Positions 10,544-20,572 of a stretch of 64,000 nt of DNA are shown piece after piece. This DNA comes from Halorarum halobium (GTDB lineage: Archaea; Halobacteriota; Halobacteria; Halobacteriales; Haloferacaceae). The number at the start of each line of letters is the position of its first letter. The first letter of the stretch is position 1. The notes under the pieces were generated by a model that was not told the DNA's origin, made no database searches, and saw nothing but the letters and a program-made list of their open reading frames with translations. Made by a program: the position numbers and the translations under genes. The DNA lies in NCBI RefSeq assembly GCF_032116555.1, contig NZ_CP134949.1, positions 3,100,001-3,164,000 of the forward strand, read 5' to 3'.

Positions 10544-11011
10544 ATGAACGAGTTCGAGACCGAGACCGGCGTGGCCCGCGAGCAGGCCCGGGCGCTGGTC
10601 GAACAGGAGGGCGCGGCCGACGTGCTCGCGGTCGTCGATTACGAGCTCTATCTGGCGGACCTGACCGTGGAGATCGACGTCGCCGAGGAGACGTACGGCT
10701 ACCTCGCAGCGCTCGCCGACGTCGATCCTGTCCGGGACTTCTCCCACCTCACCCTGTACGTCGGGGCGGAACTGGACGACCTCGTGTCGCGGGCACCGGA
10801 CTCCTACTTCTCGACGGTCCGGGACCACGCCCCCGACGCCGACGTGTACCCGATCGGCGAGGACCCGCGGCTCGACCTCGTGTTCGGCGCCGGCCACCCC
10901 GACCGGCGGACGTTTCCGACCCGGTACGGCAGCATCGACTTCGGGCTGCCGACGATGGAGGCGTATCGGCGACACGCTGTGGACGTGCACGGCACCGACT
11001 ACGACTGGTGA
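10544..11011 (+). CDS. Hypothetical protein (155 aa)
   Basis: Acidic ORF with typical codon bias; no recognised motif. Confidence 0.7.
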   Translation: MNEFETETGVAREQARALVEQEGAADVLAVVDYELYLADLTVEIDVAEETYGYLAALADVDPVRDFSHLTLYVGAELDDLVSRAPDSYFSTVRDHAPDADVYPIGEDPRLDLVFGAGHPDRRTFPTRYGSIDFGLPTMEAYRRHAVDVHGTDYDW

Positions 11012-11169
11012 GCGTGAAACCGGTCCGGCGCGCCGCCGGGAGCGTCCTCCCGAGCTCTGGGAGTACCGTCTCGAACTCCGGGAGCGACGTCCCGACTCGT
11101 CCGCTCCGGATGAAACGGTAGCAGTCCCGGCCCGAGTGATTCTTGCCACCCCGCTTCGAACGTCACACT

Positions 11170-11481
11170 ATGGGTCTGTTCGACCGCAACACCGACATGA
11201 GTGACGGTGAGCCCTCCGAGACCGACGACGAGCCGGCGTTCGAACCGGTGGCGGGAACCGGGCCGGACGAGGACTCGTCCGCCGACGATTCGGAAGCCTC
11301 CACGCCGTGGCCGCCGGACGCACGGCTCGTCCCCGCGGAGTTCCGGGATGACGACTTCAGTGGCACGCTCAAGCGCGCCGTGGACGAGGAGGCCGGGGTC
11401 GTGCTGTACGCCTACGCCAACGGCAACGCCGGCGGGCTGACCGCGGTTCCGATCGACCGGACGCGACTGGCCGACGAGTAG
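11170..11481 (+). CDS. Hypothetical protein (103 aa)
   Basis: MGLFDRNT... with an acidic N-terminal region and a C-terminal RAVDEEAGVVLYAY..AGGLTAVPI segment. Confidence 0.7.
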   Translation: MGLFDRNTDMSDGEPSETDDEPAFEPVAGTGPDEDSSADDSEASTPWPPDARLVPAEFRDDDFSGTLKRAVDEEAGVVLYAYANGNAGGLTAVPIDRTRLADE

Positions 11482-11606
11482 AACGGGGAAGCCGAGCGAC
11501 CCGGTCGACGACCGTCAGCGCCCGCCGAGCTGCTCGCCACCGAGCAACGCCGTGCTGCCGATCGGCTCCGGGTGCGGTAGCGTCCGGGTACGGCCGACCG
11601 GACCGC

Positions 11607-12119
11607 CTAGAGCGGGAACCGCGCGGAGAACTCCCGGTACTCCTTCGTCCAGATGCCGAGCTCCGAGACGGTCCATGGCTCGGATTCGAGCCCGCGCGCC
11701 CGGAGCCGCTCGACGGCGGCCTCGGCCGAGTCGCGGTCCTCGGCGACCCCTCTCGCGAGCGTGACGTGCGGGTCGTACTCGTCGCCCTCGAGCCCCTCGA
11801 CCGCGCCGAACTCCCGGACGACGCGCTCGTGGACGTCCCGCAGCCCCTCGCCCTCGACGGCGAGATAGACCACCGGACTGTCGCCGTTCGGCGGGTTGTC
11901 GAACGTCTCGACTCCGGTGATCCTGGCCGCGAACGGCCGCACGTCGGCGAGCGTGGGGCGCAGTTGCTCGCGGAGGCGGTTGAGCGAGCGGTCGTCGCCG
12001 AACCGCTTGACGACGATGGTTGGTCGCTTGCGAACCGTCCGGAACGCGGTCAGTTCCGGCGCGACGTCGGCGGCGATCCGCCGCGCGGCGGGCGGCACCG
12101 GCACGTTCAGGCTGAACAC
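11607..12119 (-). CDS. 2H phosphoesterase / 2'-5' RNA ligase-like protein
   Basis: YDPHVTLAR (second HxT motif), VVYLAVEG; the first motif region reads PTIVVKRF. Confidence 0.75.
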   Translation of the reverse strand: MFSLNVPVPPAARRIAADVAPELTAFRTVRKRPTIVVKRFGDDRSLNRLREQLRPTLADVRPFAARITGVETFDNPPNGDSPVVYLAVEGEGLRDVHERVVREFGAVEGLEGDEYDPHVTLARGVAEDRDSAEAAVERLRARGLESEPWTVSELGIWTKEYREFSARFPL

Positions 12120-12128
12120 GGCGTGCTC

Positions 12129-12302
12129 CTAGATGCGGTCCAGGAGCCAGAGGACGATAAGCACCGCGACGAGGACCCCCAGGATCGAGGGGAGCGCCGC
12201 GAGGGCCCCGACGAACAGCCCGAGCACCTCGCCGACGATTTCGAGCACGAGCCACACCAGCACCAGCACCAGCACGAGTTTCAGCAGGTCATCCACGTCC
12301 AT
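12129..12302 (-). CDS. Small two-TM membrane protein (57 aa)
   Basis: MDVDDLLKLVLVLVLVWLVLEIVGEVL...LWLLDRI; ATG at 12302. Confidence 0.8.
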   Translation of the reverse strand: MDVDDLLKLVLVLVLVWLVLEIVGEVLGLFVGALAALPSILGVLVAVLIVLWLLDRI

Positions 12303-12486
12303 GCGCCCCCAATCCCGGTCGGGGGTCAAAAGCCCGACGGCAGCGCTGGGCGATCCGACGGTATCGGCCGGCGATCCGACACCAGCATCGCCCGAGAACG
12401 AAACCCTTCGACGGCCGACACGATCGGACGGAAGGGCGTCGGGACACACGGCAACGGTTTTTGCCACCCCGGTCGCTCCTCGGGAC

Positions 12487-13719
12487 ATGCGACGCGTCCT
12501 CGCCGTCCTGCTCGCGCTGGCGCTGCTCGGCGCGGCCGTCCCCGCGACGGCAGGAGCCCAGAACGGCGGGGGCTTCGCCTCGTTCCTCCAGACCGGCGAC
12601 GTCGACCCGGACGGCGTCTCGCTCCGCGCACACGTCAGTTCGAACGGAACCGCCGAGTGGCGAATCGCCTACCGGATCCGCCTCGACGACGAGAACGCGA
12701 CGGCGGCGTTCGAGAGCCTCCGCGAGGACGTCGAGGCGAACCGGAGCGCCTACGGCGACCAGTTCGCCGCGCGGATGCGCTCGACGGTCGCGGCGGCCGA
12801 GAACGCCACCGGCCGGGAGATGGCCGTGAGGAACGTCTCCGTGACGGCCGAGCGGGACCCGTTCCAGGACTTCGGCGTGGTGGCGTACACGTTCACCTGG
12901 GAGGGGTTCGCCGGGGTCGAGGGCGACCGCCTCGTCGCCGGCGACGCGCTCGCCGGCCTGTTCCTCGACGCCGGGACCGACCTCACGGTCACGTGGCCCG
13001 ATGGGTACGAGGTCCGGTCGGTCGATCCCGCGGCCGACGAGCGGACCGACGGCAGCGTGACGTGGGAGGGCAAGCGCGGGTTCGGCCCGGACCAGCCCCG
13101 CTTGGTGGTCGCGCCGGCCTCCCCGCTCCCCGTCGGGACGCTCCCCGCGGCGCTCGCCGGACTCGTCCTCCTCGCGGCGGTGGGCGGCGTGTGGTACCGC
13201 CGGCGCGGGGCGGGACTGCCGGTCGCGCCGCTCGGGCGCGACGGCGGCGCGGCGTCGGGGAGTACATCGTCGGGGAACGCCGGCGGCACCGGATCCGGCG
13301 GTCCACGGGACGAACCCGGTACGGGCGGGTCGACCACGGCCGCCGCTGGAAGCGGGGAGGCGAACCTCGAACCGACCGACGACGGACCGCCGGAGGAACT
13401 GTTGAGCCCCCGGGAGCGCGTCCTCCGGCTCGTCGAGGGCAACGGCGGGCGGCTGAAGCAGGCCCGCGTCACCGACGCGCTCGACTGGAGCGCAGCCCGG
13501 ACGAGCCAGGTCGTCGGCGACCTGCGGGACGACGGGGAGCTGGAGAGCTTCCGACTCGGCCGGGAGAACGTCCTCAGGCTCCCCGAGGCGGCCGACGGGA
13601 ACGACGAGGGAGTCGGGACGGGGACCGGCCGCGACCCGGACAGTGACGACTCGGACGACGACGACCCGGACGGTGACGACTCGGACGACGACGACCCGGA
13701 CGGCGGCGACCGAGCCTGA
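12487..13719 (+). CDS. Membrane-anchored protein: signal peptide, extracellular domain, TM, linker, C-terminal winged HTH
   Basis: Signal peptide MRRVLAVLLALALLGAAVPATAGA; TM ALAGLVLLAAVGGVWYRRR; HTH LLSPRERVLRLVEGNGGRLKQARVTDALDWSAARTSQVVGDL...LGRENVLRL. Confidence 0.82.
   Translation: MRRVLAVLLALALLGAAVPATAGAQNGGGFASFLQTGDVDPDGVSLRAHVSSNGTAEWRIAYRIRLDDENATAAFESLREDVEANRSAYGDQFAARMRSTVAAAENATGREMAVRNVSVTAERDPFQDFGVVAYTFTWEGFAGVEGDRLVAGDALAGLFLDAGTDLTVTWPDGYEVRSVDPAADERTDGSVTWEGKRGFGPDQPRLVVAPASPLPVGTLPAALAGLVLLAAVGGVWYRRRGAGLPVAPLGRDGGAASGSTSSGNAGGTGSGGPRDEPGTGGSTTAAAGSGEANLEPTDDGPPEELLSPRERVLRLVEGNGGRLKQARVTDALDWSAARTSQVVGDLRDDGELESFRLGRENVLRLPEAADGNDEGVGTGTGRDPDSDDSDDDDPDGDDSDDDDPDGGDRA
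13633..13704 (+). repeat. 30-bp coding tandem repeat (DPD[S/G]DDSDDD, ~2.4 copies)
   Basis: GACCCGGAC(A/G)GTGACGACTCGGACGACGAC twice plus a partial copy, at the 3' end of the gene. Confidence 0.85.
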
Positions 13720-13813
13720 TCGGGCGACTGCGGTGGCTTCCCGTCGCTTAACCCGGCTGAAGGCGGCTTCGACGAGTGGACGATATATGGGGACGGGGCG
13801 CGTGACCCGAGCC

Positions 13814-14815
13814 ATGGAACGACCGACTGCCCTGCTGGCGGCAGCCATGCTCGTGGTCGCCGGCCTCCCGGCGGCCGCCGCGGTCGGGAGCCAGCCGTCG
13901 GGGGACGGGATCCAGCCCGGCGCGCAGTTCGCCGGCGCGGTCGCCGTCCAGGGCGCCGAGGTCGACGGCGAGATCGAGGGACGGACGCTCGACCGGCGGC
14001 TCGCCGCGGCCGACTCGAACGAGTCCCGGGCCGGCGTCGTGGCGCGGGAGTCCGAACGGGCCAGCGAGCGGCTCGAACGCCTCGGCGAGCGCCGCTCGAC
14101 GCTCCGTGAGCGCCACGAGAACGGGAGCATCTCCGAGTCCGAGTACCGGGCCAGACTCGCCGCCGTCGCGGCCGAATCCCGCGGGCTGGAGCGCCGGCTG
14201 AACGAGACCGCCGAGGTCGCGCGCAGCCTGCCGCCCGCGGTGGCCGAGGCGCGCGGCGTGAACGCCTCCAGGCTGGCGGCGCTCCGGGCCGACGCGGACG
14301 CGCTGAACGACGGCGAGGCGGCCGAAGCCGCCCGGGCGATCGCCGGCGATGACGCCGGCAACGGCCTCGGCGGGCCGCCCGAGGACGTCGGCCCGCCCTG
14401 GGAAACGGACGCCGAGGACGACGACGCCGAGGGGGCGGCCGATGGCGACAGCGACGCGGACGACGAGCGCGGTCCGCCGGAGGACCCCGGCGCGGAACGC
14501 GGGGAGAACGGCTCGGAATCCGCCGACGGGACCGAGAACGGGACGGCCGAGGAGGACGGGGACGACCGGCCGGGCGAGGGTCGCGGGAACGGGGAGAACG
14601 ACGGTGACGACGACCGCGGCGGCACCGCAGCGGGGAACGGAAACGGCTCCGACGACGGGGCGGGCGGAGTCGGGACTGACGGGAACGATTCGGGCGGCGA
14701 TGCCGGCGACGACGGTGAAGACGGGGGAGCTGGCGGCGAGAACGGGGGAGACGACGGAGAAAAGGGGGAAGCTGAGGGCGCCGACGCCGCCACGGCGGCA
14801 CCCGAGGGCGACTGA
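13814..14815 (+). CDS. Secreted hypothetical protein with a coiled-coil region and a long D/G/E-rich disordered tail
   Basis: Signal peptide MERPTALLAAAMLVVAGLPAAAA, then PGAQFAGAVAVQGAEVDGEI, helical LRERHENGSISESEYRARLA, and a low-complexity acidic C-terminus. Confidence 0.8.
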   Translation: MERPTALLAAAMLVVAGLPAAAAVGSQPSGDGIQPGAQFAGAVAVQGAEVDGEIEGRTLDRRLAAADSNESRAGVVARESERASERLERLGERRSTLRERHENGSISESEYRARLAAVAAESRGLERRLNETAEVARSLPPAVAEARGVNASRLAALRADADALNDGEAAEAARAIAGDDAGNGLGGPPEDVGPPWETDAEDDDAEGAADGDSDADDERGPPEDPGAERGENGSESADGTENGTAEEDGDDRPGEGRGNGENDGDDDRGGTAAGNGNGSDDGAGGVGTDGNDSGGDAGDDGEDGGAGGENGGDDGEKGEAEGADAATAAPEGD

Positions 14816-14857
14816 TTCCGCGAAATCGGTAAGTAGCCGGGCGTGCCAGGTGAGACC

Positions 14858-16015
14858 ATGGATCAGGCCGGGCGGTCGTTCTTCCGACAGCTTGGACGGT
14901 TGAGCGCCGGCCGCGACGCGTCCGGCGGGGGCGAACGAGGGCCCTCCCGCGTCGGCCTCGCGGGCCTCGCGGCCGTCGTCGCGCTCCTGCTGGGCGTGTT
15001 CGCCACGCCCGTCGTCGGGCTCGGGTTCCTCCTCGCCGCGCTCGTGCTGGCGACCGTCATCTCGACGGTCGAGATCGTCCAGGCGTACGAACACCGGGCG
15101 CTCACGGTGTTCGGCAGCTATCGCGGGCTCCTCGACCCCGGCCTGCATCTCGTCCCGCCGTTCGTCTCGCGGACCCACCGGTTCGACCTGCGGACCGTCG
15201 CCATCGACGTGCCGAGACAGGAGGCGATCACGCGAGACAACTCGCCGGTCACCGCCGACGCGGTGGTGTACGTCCGGGTCGTCGACGCCAAGCGGGCGTT
15301 CCTCCAGGTGGACGACTACCGGAACGCGACGGCCCTGCTCGCCCAGACGACGCTCCGGGCGGTGCTGGGCGACATGGAGCTCGACGAGACGCTCTCGCGG
15401 CGGAGCGAGATCAACGCCCGCATCCGGGAGGGGCTCCAGGGCCCCACCGACGACTGGGGCGTCGAGGTGGAGATGGTCGAGGTGCGCGAGGTGCTGCCGA
15501 CGCCCGTCGTCCGCGACGCGATGGAGCAGCAGTCCTCCGCCGAACGCCGCCGCCGCGCCATGATCCTCGAGGCGCAGGGCGAGCGGCGGGCCGCGGTCGA
15601 GTCCGCCGAGGGTGACCGGGTCGCCAACGTGTTGAACGCGCAGGGCGAGAAGCAGGCGTCGGTGCTGGAGGCTCAGGGCGACGCCGTCGCGACGGTGCTG
15701 CGGGCCAACGCCGCCGAGTCGATGGGCGAGCGCGCCATCGTCGACAAGGGGCTGGAGTCGCTCGTCGAGATCGGCGAGGGCGAGTCGACGACGTTCGTGC
15801 TCCCGCAGGAACTCACCTCGACGCTGGGCCGGTACGGCCGGCGGCTCTCGGGTAGCGACACGGCCGTCGGCGACGGGCTGGAGGGCCGCGAGTTCGACGA
15901 GTCCGAGCGCGAGCTGCTGGGGCTCGACGACATCGAGGCGATCGTCGGGGGCGGCGACGGCGAGAGCGACCGGACACAGGTACTGGAGGATGGCGAGCGG
16001 TCGAAGGGCGGGTGA
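14858..16015 (+). CDS. SPFH/band 7 (stomatin/QmcA-like) membrane protein
   Basis: TM region followed by PGLHLVPPFV, DVPRQEAITRDNSPVTADAVVY, QTTLRAVLGDMELDETLS, AERRRRAMILEAQGE. Confidence 0.93.
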   Translation: MDQAGRSFFRQLGRLSAGRDASGGGERGPSRVGLAGLAAVVALLLGVFATPVVGLGFLLAALVLATVISTVEIVQAYEHRALTVFGSYRGLLDPGLHLVPPFVSRTHRFDLRTVAIDVPRQEAITRDNSPVTADAVVYVRVVDAKRAFLQVDDYRNATALLAQTTLRAVLGDMELDETLSRRSEINARIREGLQGPTDDWGVEVEMVEVREVLPTPVVRDAMEQQSSAERRRRAMILEAQGERRAAVESAEGDRVANVLNAQGEKQASVLEAQGDAVATVLRANAAESMGERAIVDKGLESLVEIGEGESTTFVLPQELTSTLGRYGRRLSGSDTAVGDGLEGREFDESERELLGLDDIEAIVGGGDGESDRTQVLEDGERSKGG

Positions 16016-16092
16016 GGACGTCGGTTCCGGGTGGGAGCGTGCCGGACCGCGTCGGCATCCGACCGCACTCGCTCGGGGCGGTCGAGCGGTCG

Positions 16093-16479
16093 CTACCCCG
16101 AGTCGGTTCCCTCGTCGAGTTCGAACCGGAGGTACGACGTCCCGTTCCGGTAGTTGTAGACCTCGACGCCGGTGCCGAGCAGCGCGAGTCCAGTCAGCGC
16201 CAGCAGGAACGTGCTGTCCGAGCCGGCGAGCACGTACCAGGAGCCGAACAGGGCGACCGTGAAGACGGCCGAGAGGACGTCGTACAGCGGGTGTGCCCGG
16301 ACCGCGTCGACCGTGCTCGCCAGCATGAAGGTCGCAGTCCCGCCGATCAGTACGGCGAGGAACGGGGGGAACGGCCCGTCCACGACCCACCAGATCGCGG
16401 CGGCCACGAGCAGGAAGGCGCCGGTGATCCCGGCCCGGTAGACGCTGACGTGGTCGCGGAACGAGTCGGAGGGGAGCAC
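16093..16479 (-). CDS. Small four-TM membrane protein
   Basis: Hydrophobic helices in ORF 16093..16563. Start uncertain; GTG at 16479 chosen. Confidence 0.68.
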   Translation of the reverse strand: MLPSDSFRDHVSVYRAGITGAFLLVAAAIWWVVDGPFPPFLAVLIGGTATFMLASTVDAVRAHPLYDVLSAVFTVALFGSWYVLAGSDSTFLLALTGLALLGTGVEVYNYRNGTSYLRFELDEGTDSG

Positions 16480-16630
16480 GGGTCCCGCGTCGTCCCGCGC
16501 CCCGATAAATCCCGCCGTGACCCCGTCCGAGTGCGGCGGTGATCCCGTCCGAGCACGCCCCACGGTGGAAGGCCGGGATCGGACTCGGTCGGGTCGCTTA
16601 AACCGGCGAGCGACCTATCGAGGGCAACGA

Positions 16631-17752
16631 ATGAGCGACGCACGCGGCGCCGAGTTCTGCCCGCGCTGTGGCGACCCCGTCCCCGAGCGGGACGAGCCGC
16701 TGCCCGGCGAGCCGCGCGACCGCGACCGGGTGCTCTGTGACGCCTGCTACTTCGAGGACTTCGACCTCGTCGACGCGCCCGACCGGGTTGAGGTGCCCGT
16801 CTGCGGGGGCTGTGGCGCGGTCCACCGCGGGAACCGCTGGGTCGACGTCGGCGCGCGCGACTACACCGACGTCGCCGTCGAGGCGGTCTCGGAGTCGCTC
16901 GGCGTCCACCTGAAGGCCGAGGACGTGCGCTGGGGGGTCGAACCTGAACAGGTCGACGAGACGACGATCCGGATGCACTGTACGTTCGCCGGCGTCGTCC
17001 GCGACGTGCCGGTCGAGGCCGAGTTCACCGTCCCCGTCAAGATCTCGCGTGGCACCTGCGACCGCTGTGGCCGCATCGCCGGCGGCTCCTACGCCGCGAC
17101 GGTGCAGGTGCGCGGCGTCGACCGCGTCCCCGACCCGGCCGAGCAGCGCGAGGCCGTCGAGATCGCCGAGTCGATGGTGGCGGATCGGGAGGCCGACGGC
17201 GACCGCGACTCGTTCATCACCGAGATCACCGACCAGCCCGAGGGGAAGGACGTCAAGCTCTCGACGAACAAGCTCGGGAAGGCGGTGGCGACGCGGATCA
17301 CCGAGCGACTGGGCGGGAGCTACACCGAGGCGCCGACGCTCGTCACGGAGGACGGCGACGGCAACGAGGTGTACCGGGTCACGTTCGCCGTGCGACTGCC
17401 GAAGTTCCGCCCCGGCGACGTCATCGACCCCGACGACGGCGACGGGCCGGTGCTCGTCAGGTCCGTGCAGGGCAACCTCAAGGGCGTCAGGCTCCGGACC
17501 GGCGAGCGCTACGAGGCGGGCTGGGAGGACGGCGAGACGCCCGAGGCCGAGAAGCTGGGTGAGGCGGCCGACGCTGCGGAGACGACCGTCGTCACCGTCG
17601 AGGACGAGAACGCCGTGCAGGTGCTCGACCCCGAGACGTACGAGGCCGTCACCGTTCCCAACCCCGAGTTCTACGACGGCGACGAGTCGGCGGACGTGCT
17701 GAAGACCGACGCGGGGCTGTTCGTGGTGCCGGCCGACGAGAGGGAGGAGTAG
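16631..17752 (+). CDS. nmd3: Nmd3-family ribosome biogenesis protein
   Basis: Four Cys pairs (FCPRCG, LCDAC, VCGGCGA, TCDRCG), YAATVQVRG, YRVTFAVRLP, and a C-terminal OB-like AVQVLDPETYE. Confidence 0.88.
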   Translation: MSDARGAEFCPRCGDPVPERDEPLPGEPRDRDRVLCDACYFEDFDLVDAPDRVEVPVCGGCGAVHRGNRWVDVGARDYTDVAVEAVSESLGVHLKAEDVRWGVEPEQVDETTIRMHCTFAGVVRDVPVEAEFTVPVKISRGTCDRCGRIAGGSYAATVQVRGVDRVPDPAEQREAVEIAESMVADREADGDRDSFITEITDQPEGKDVKLSTNKLGKAVATRITERLGGSYTEAPTLVTEDGDGNEVYRVTFAVRLPKFRPGDVIDPDDGDGPVLVRSVQGNLKGVRLRTGERYEAGWEDGETPEAEKLGEAADAAETTVVTVEDENAVQVLDPETYEAVTVPNPEFYDGDESADVLKTDAGLFVVPADEREE

Positions 17753-17813
17753 GGCCGAACCGAGCGGACGTGGGACCGAAGCGGATCGGGGACGGTGCGG
17801 CGGGTCGCCCCGG

Positions 17814-17999
17814 TCAGTCCGCGCTGGCGGGACGGGGCGCCGCCGCGGCCACGTCCGACCCGCCGGTTCCGAGACCGAAGCGCTCACAGAGCGTCTCGAA
17901 CCGCTCCTCGGACACGCCGGCCCGCGTTGCCGCCTGTGTCGCCGTGAGCGTTCCCGCGCCGTACAGCGTCAGCGCCGTCTGGACCGCGCTCCGCGTCAT
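17814..17999 (-). CDS. Small HTH-like hypothetical protein (61 aa)
   Basis: MTRSAVQTALTLYGAGTLTATQAATRAGVSEERFETLCERFG, a helix-turn-helix-like pattern; AT-rich promoter region upstream. Confidence 0.72.
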   Translation of the reverse strand: MTRSAVQTALTLYGAGTLTATQAATRAGVSEERFETLCERFGLGTGGSDVAAAAPRPASAD

Positions 18000-18135
18000 G
18001 CCCACCGCTTGTGCAAGGGAATACATAATCCTTCGTGAGATAATATGTCATGAAGGGCGTGGGATCGGCGGCGATGGCATTCAGTGTCGGTAAAACGTCC
18101 TCGAACCTCCCGCCGCGCGGTCGCTCCCGTGGATC

Positions 18136-20064
18136 TTACTCGCCCCAGACGTCCGAGAGCGGGTGGTCGGCCATCGGGTCGTCGCCGTCCTCGTCGGGAC
18201 TCGACCCGTTCGCGGACGGGTCGGAGCCGGTGGAGTCGGACGACCCGCCACCCGTGCGACCCGAGTTCGCGTTCCCGCCCGAACCCGAGACGGCCCCGTT
18301 CCGGAACCCGTCGCCACCGCCCCGAACGCTTCGGCCTGCTCGGCCGCCTCGACCGCTCCCGCCGCCGCGACCCCGTCGGGCGCTCGACGGGCCCGGTTCG
18401 GCGTCCATCCCGGCGAGCGCGGCCGCCGGGTCGAACTCGGGGAGGTCCGGTTCGGTCATCCGGTCGACCTGCTCGCGGAACCACGGCGGCGTGTCGTGCT
18501 CGGCGCGCTCGAACAGGTCGAGCAGGCTCGCGTCGGCCAGGTACGTCGCGCCGTGGTCGTCGGGCGCGCGAACGACCCGGCCACAGCCCTGGATGACCGT
18601 CCGGAGCGCGGCGCGGTGGTACCACGCCCACTGGCCGTCCTCCAGCCGGCTGGCGACCCGCGAGTCGCCCGTGTTGAGGTACGGCGCCTTGCAGAGCACC
18701 TGCCAGCGGCAGCGGTCGCCCTTCAGGTCCAGCGCCTCCTCCATCTTCACGGAGACGAACACCTCGGGGTCGCGGCTCGCCTTCCACTCCTCCAGTTGCA
18801 CGTCGCGGTCCTCGCGCTCGTGGCTTCGAACCCGGGCGCTCACGCCGAACTCGCCGAACTTCTCGGCCAGTTGATCGGCGATGGCGTAGCTGTGGGCGTG
18901 GATCAGCCCCTTCTCGTCGGGGTGTTCGGCCATCAGGCGGAGACAGAGCCTGGCGACCTTCGGGAGCGTCTCGTCCCGGTGCTCGTAGGTCATCTTCCCC
19001 TGGGTGACGTCGTACAGCGGCCGGTGCTCGACCGGGAACGTGTGCTCGACGTCGACGAGCGCGACGTTCCCTGGAGCCAGTCCGACCTGCCGGCAGAACG
19101 CCTCCTTGTTGAGGATGGTCGCAGAGAGCAGGCAGTGCCTGTTCCCGCGGTCCCAGACCGTGTGTTTCAGGTACTTCTCGGGGTCGAGCGGTTTGATTGC
19201 GAGTTCGCCGCCCTCGCCGTCGGGCTGGTCGACGACCCACGTCGTCGACGAGTCACGGTCGCGGTAGTCCTCGAGGAACCAGTTCAGCTCCGAGCGGAGC
19301 TCCTGGAGGCGGTCCCGGCGGGCGGCCTCCTCGGCGGTCAGGTCGCCCTTGGCGAGCAAGTCGTCCTTCGCGCGCTCGCAGACGCCGGCCAACTGGTCGG
19401 CGAAGCGGGCGGTGCGCTCGACGGGTCCGACCTCGTGGTTGTGCACGTCGGGCACGGTGATGTCGTCCCAGACGGGCACGGTGCGGGGCTTCAGCTCGAT
19501 GGTCGCGTACATCTCGGCCCACTCGGCGAGCCCGTGGGCCTCGTCGACGACGACGACGTCACGCTTGCGGAACACCTCGGAGCCGGCGGTCTGCATGAAG
19601 TACGCCAGCGTCATCGCCGCGATGGGACGGTTCGAGGCGATGGCGCGGTCGGAGTAGTACGGACAGCGGTGCTTGACCGAGCAGTCGTAGCCGCGCTGGC
19701 GGGCGCAGGGCGCCCGGTTCACGGGCGTCGTCTCCTCGCCGGGGAGGATGCAGGTGTAGTTCGACTTCCCGCGGATGACGTTGAGGTCCTCCAGCAGGTC
19801 GTCCGCGGCGACGTCGTCGAGCTGTGACACCTGCGGGGTGGTGTAGTACGCGCCGGCGGCCTGCGAGGGGCTGGCGTCCTCGACGGTCCGGGCGGCGCCG
19901 GCGACGGCGCGCGCGAGGAGGGACTTCCCGCTCCCGGTCGGCGCGCGCACGAGGACGACGTCGTTGCCGGCGGCGAAGGCGTCGCGGATGTCCTCCAGGG
20001 CCCGTTCCTGGGCGCCGCGGAAGGAGGGCGCGGGGAACGACGGGAGGATTCGCTCGGGGTCCAC
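18136..20064 (-). CDS. DinG/XPD/YoaA-like SF2 helicase with Fe-S cluster
   Basis: Q motif (FRGAQ), Walker A APTGSGKS, Cys cluster (GKSNYTC...PC...C...CPYY), VDEAH, LSAT, QGCGRVVR. Confidence 0.9.
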   Translation of the reverse strand: MDPERILPSFPAPSFRGAQERALEDIRDAFAAGNDVVLVRAPTGSGKSLLARAVAGAARTVEDASPSQAAGAYYTTPQVSQLDDVAADDLLEDLNVIRGKSNYTCILPGEETTPVNRAPCARQRGYDCSVKHRCPYYSDRAIASNRPIAAMTLAYFMQTAGSEVFRKRDVVVVDEAHGLAEWAEMYATIELKPRTVPVWDDITVPDVHNHEVGPVERTARFADQLAGVCERAKDDLLAKGDLTAEEAARRDRLQELRSELNWFLEDYRDRDSSTTWVVDQPDGEGGELAIKPLDPEKYLKHTVWDRGNRHCLLSATILNKEAFCRQVGLAPGNVALVDVEHTFPVEHRPLYDVTQGKMTYEHRDETLPKVARLCLRLMAEHPDEKGLIHAHSYAIADQLAEKFGEFGVSARVRSHEREDRDVQLEEWKASRDPEVFVSVKMEEALDLKGDRCRWQVLCKAPYLNTGDSRVASRLEDGQWAWYHRAALRTVIQGCGRVVRAPDDHGATYLADASLLDLFERAEHDTPPWFREQVDRMTEPDLPEFDPAAALAGMDAEPGPSSARRGRGGGSGRGGRAGRSVRGGGDGFRNGAVSGSGGNANSGRTGGGSSDSTGSDPSANGSSPDEDGDDPMADHPLSDVWGE

Positions 20065-20206
20065 TTGTTCGGTGTATGGCTTCGTCGCTGTCGGCGTAAG
20101 GGTGTCGGATGGTGTCGTCGTCCGGTGTTTTGTTGACTAGTTACCGTGAGTGACGTTCGAGTACGGATGGTCGGTCTCGCGTTCGGTCTGGACGTAGTGA
20201 CGACCG

Positions 20207-20485
20207 CGAAAGCCCCCGCGGCCCCGTTCAGTCCCACCCGGTGGATGGTCGGCCGAGCGACGGAGGCCGACTACCGCATGCGTCGCCGTGGGTAGTCCAC
20301 GGTGACCCTTGCGCGGCCAGCCGGCGGTGGCGCTGGCAGCAGGGGTGCGGTCGGCGCGTGCTGGCGAATGGCGCGCGTGACGGCGAGCCCCGGAGGGGCG
20401 ATGCGACGCGCGCGAGGGACGAGCACCACAGCGACCGAGCGAAGCGAAGGAGCGAGGAGCGCAGGAGGCTGGGGAGGGCGAGGCC
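20207..20485. repeat. Modular palindromic interspersed repeat, copy B
   Basis: 20216-20239 is the reverse complement of 8697-8720 (23/24). 20370-20427 matches the reverse complement of 52002-52059 (55/58). Confidence 0.85.
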
Positions 20486-20572
20486 CTACTCACCGCCAGC
20501 AGTAGTGATCTGCTTCGTCGGCCAGCCGACGAAGATTCGCTTCACCGTTCAATCAACGCCTCACCCCAAAAA

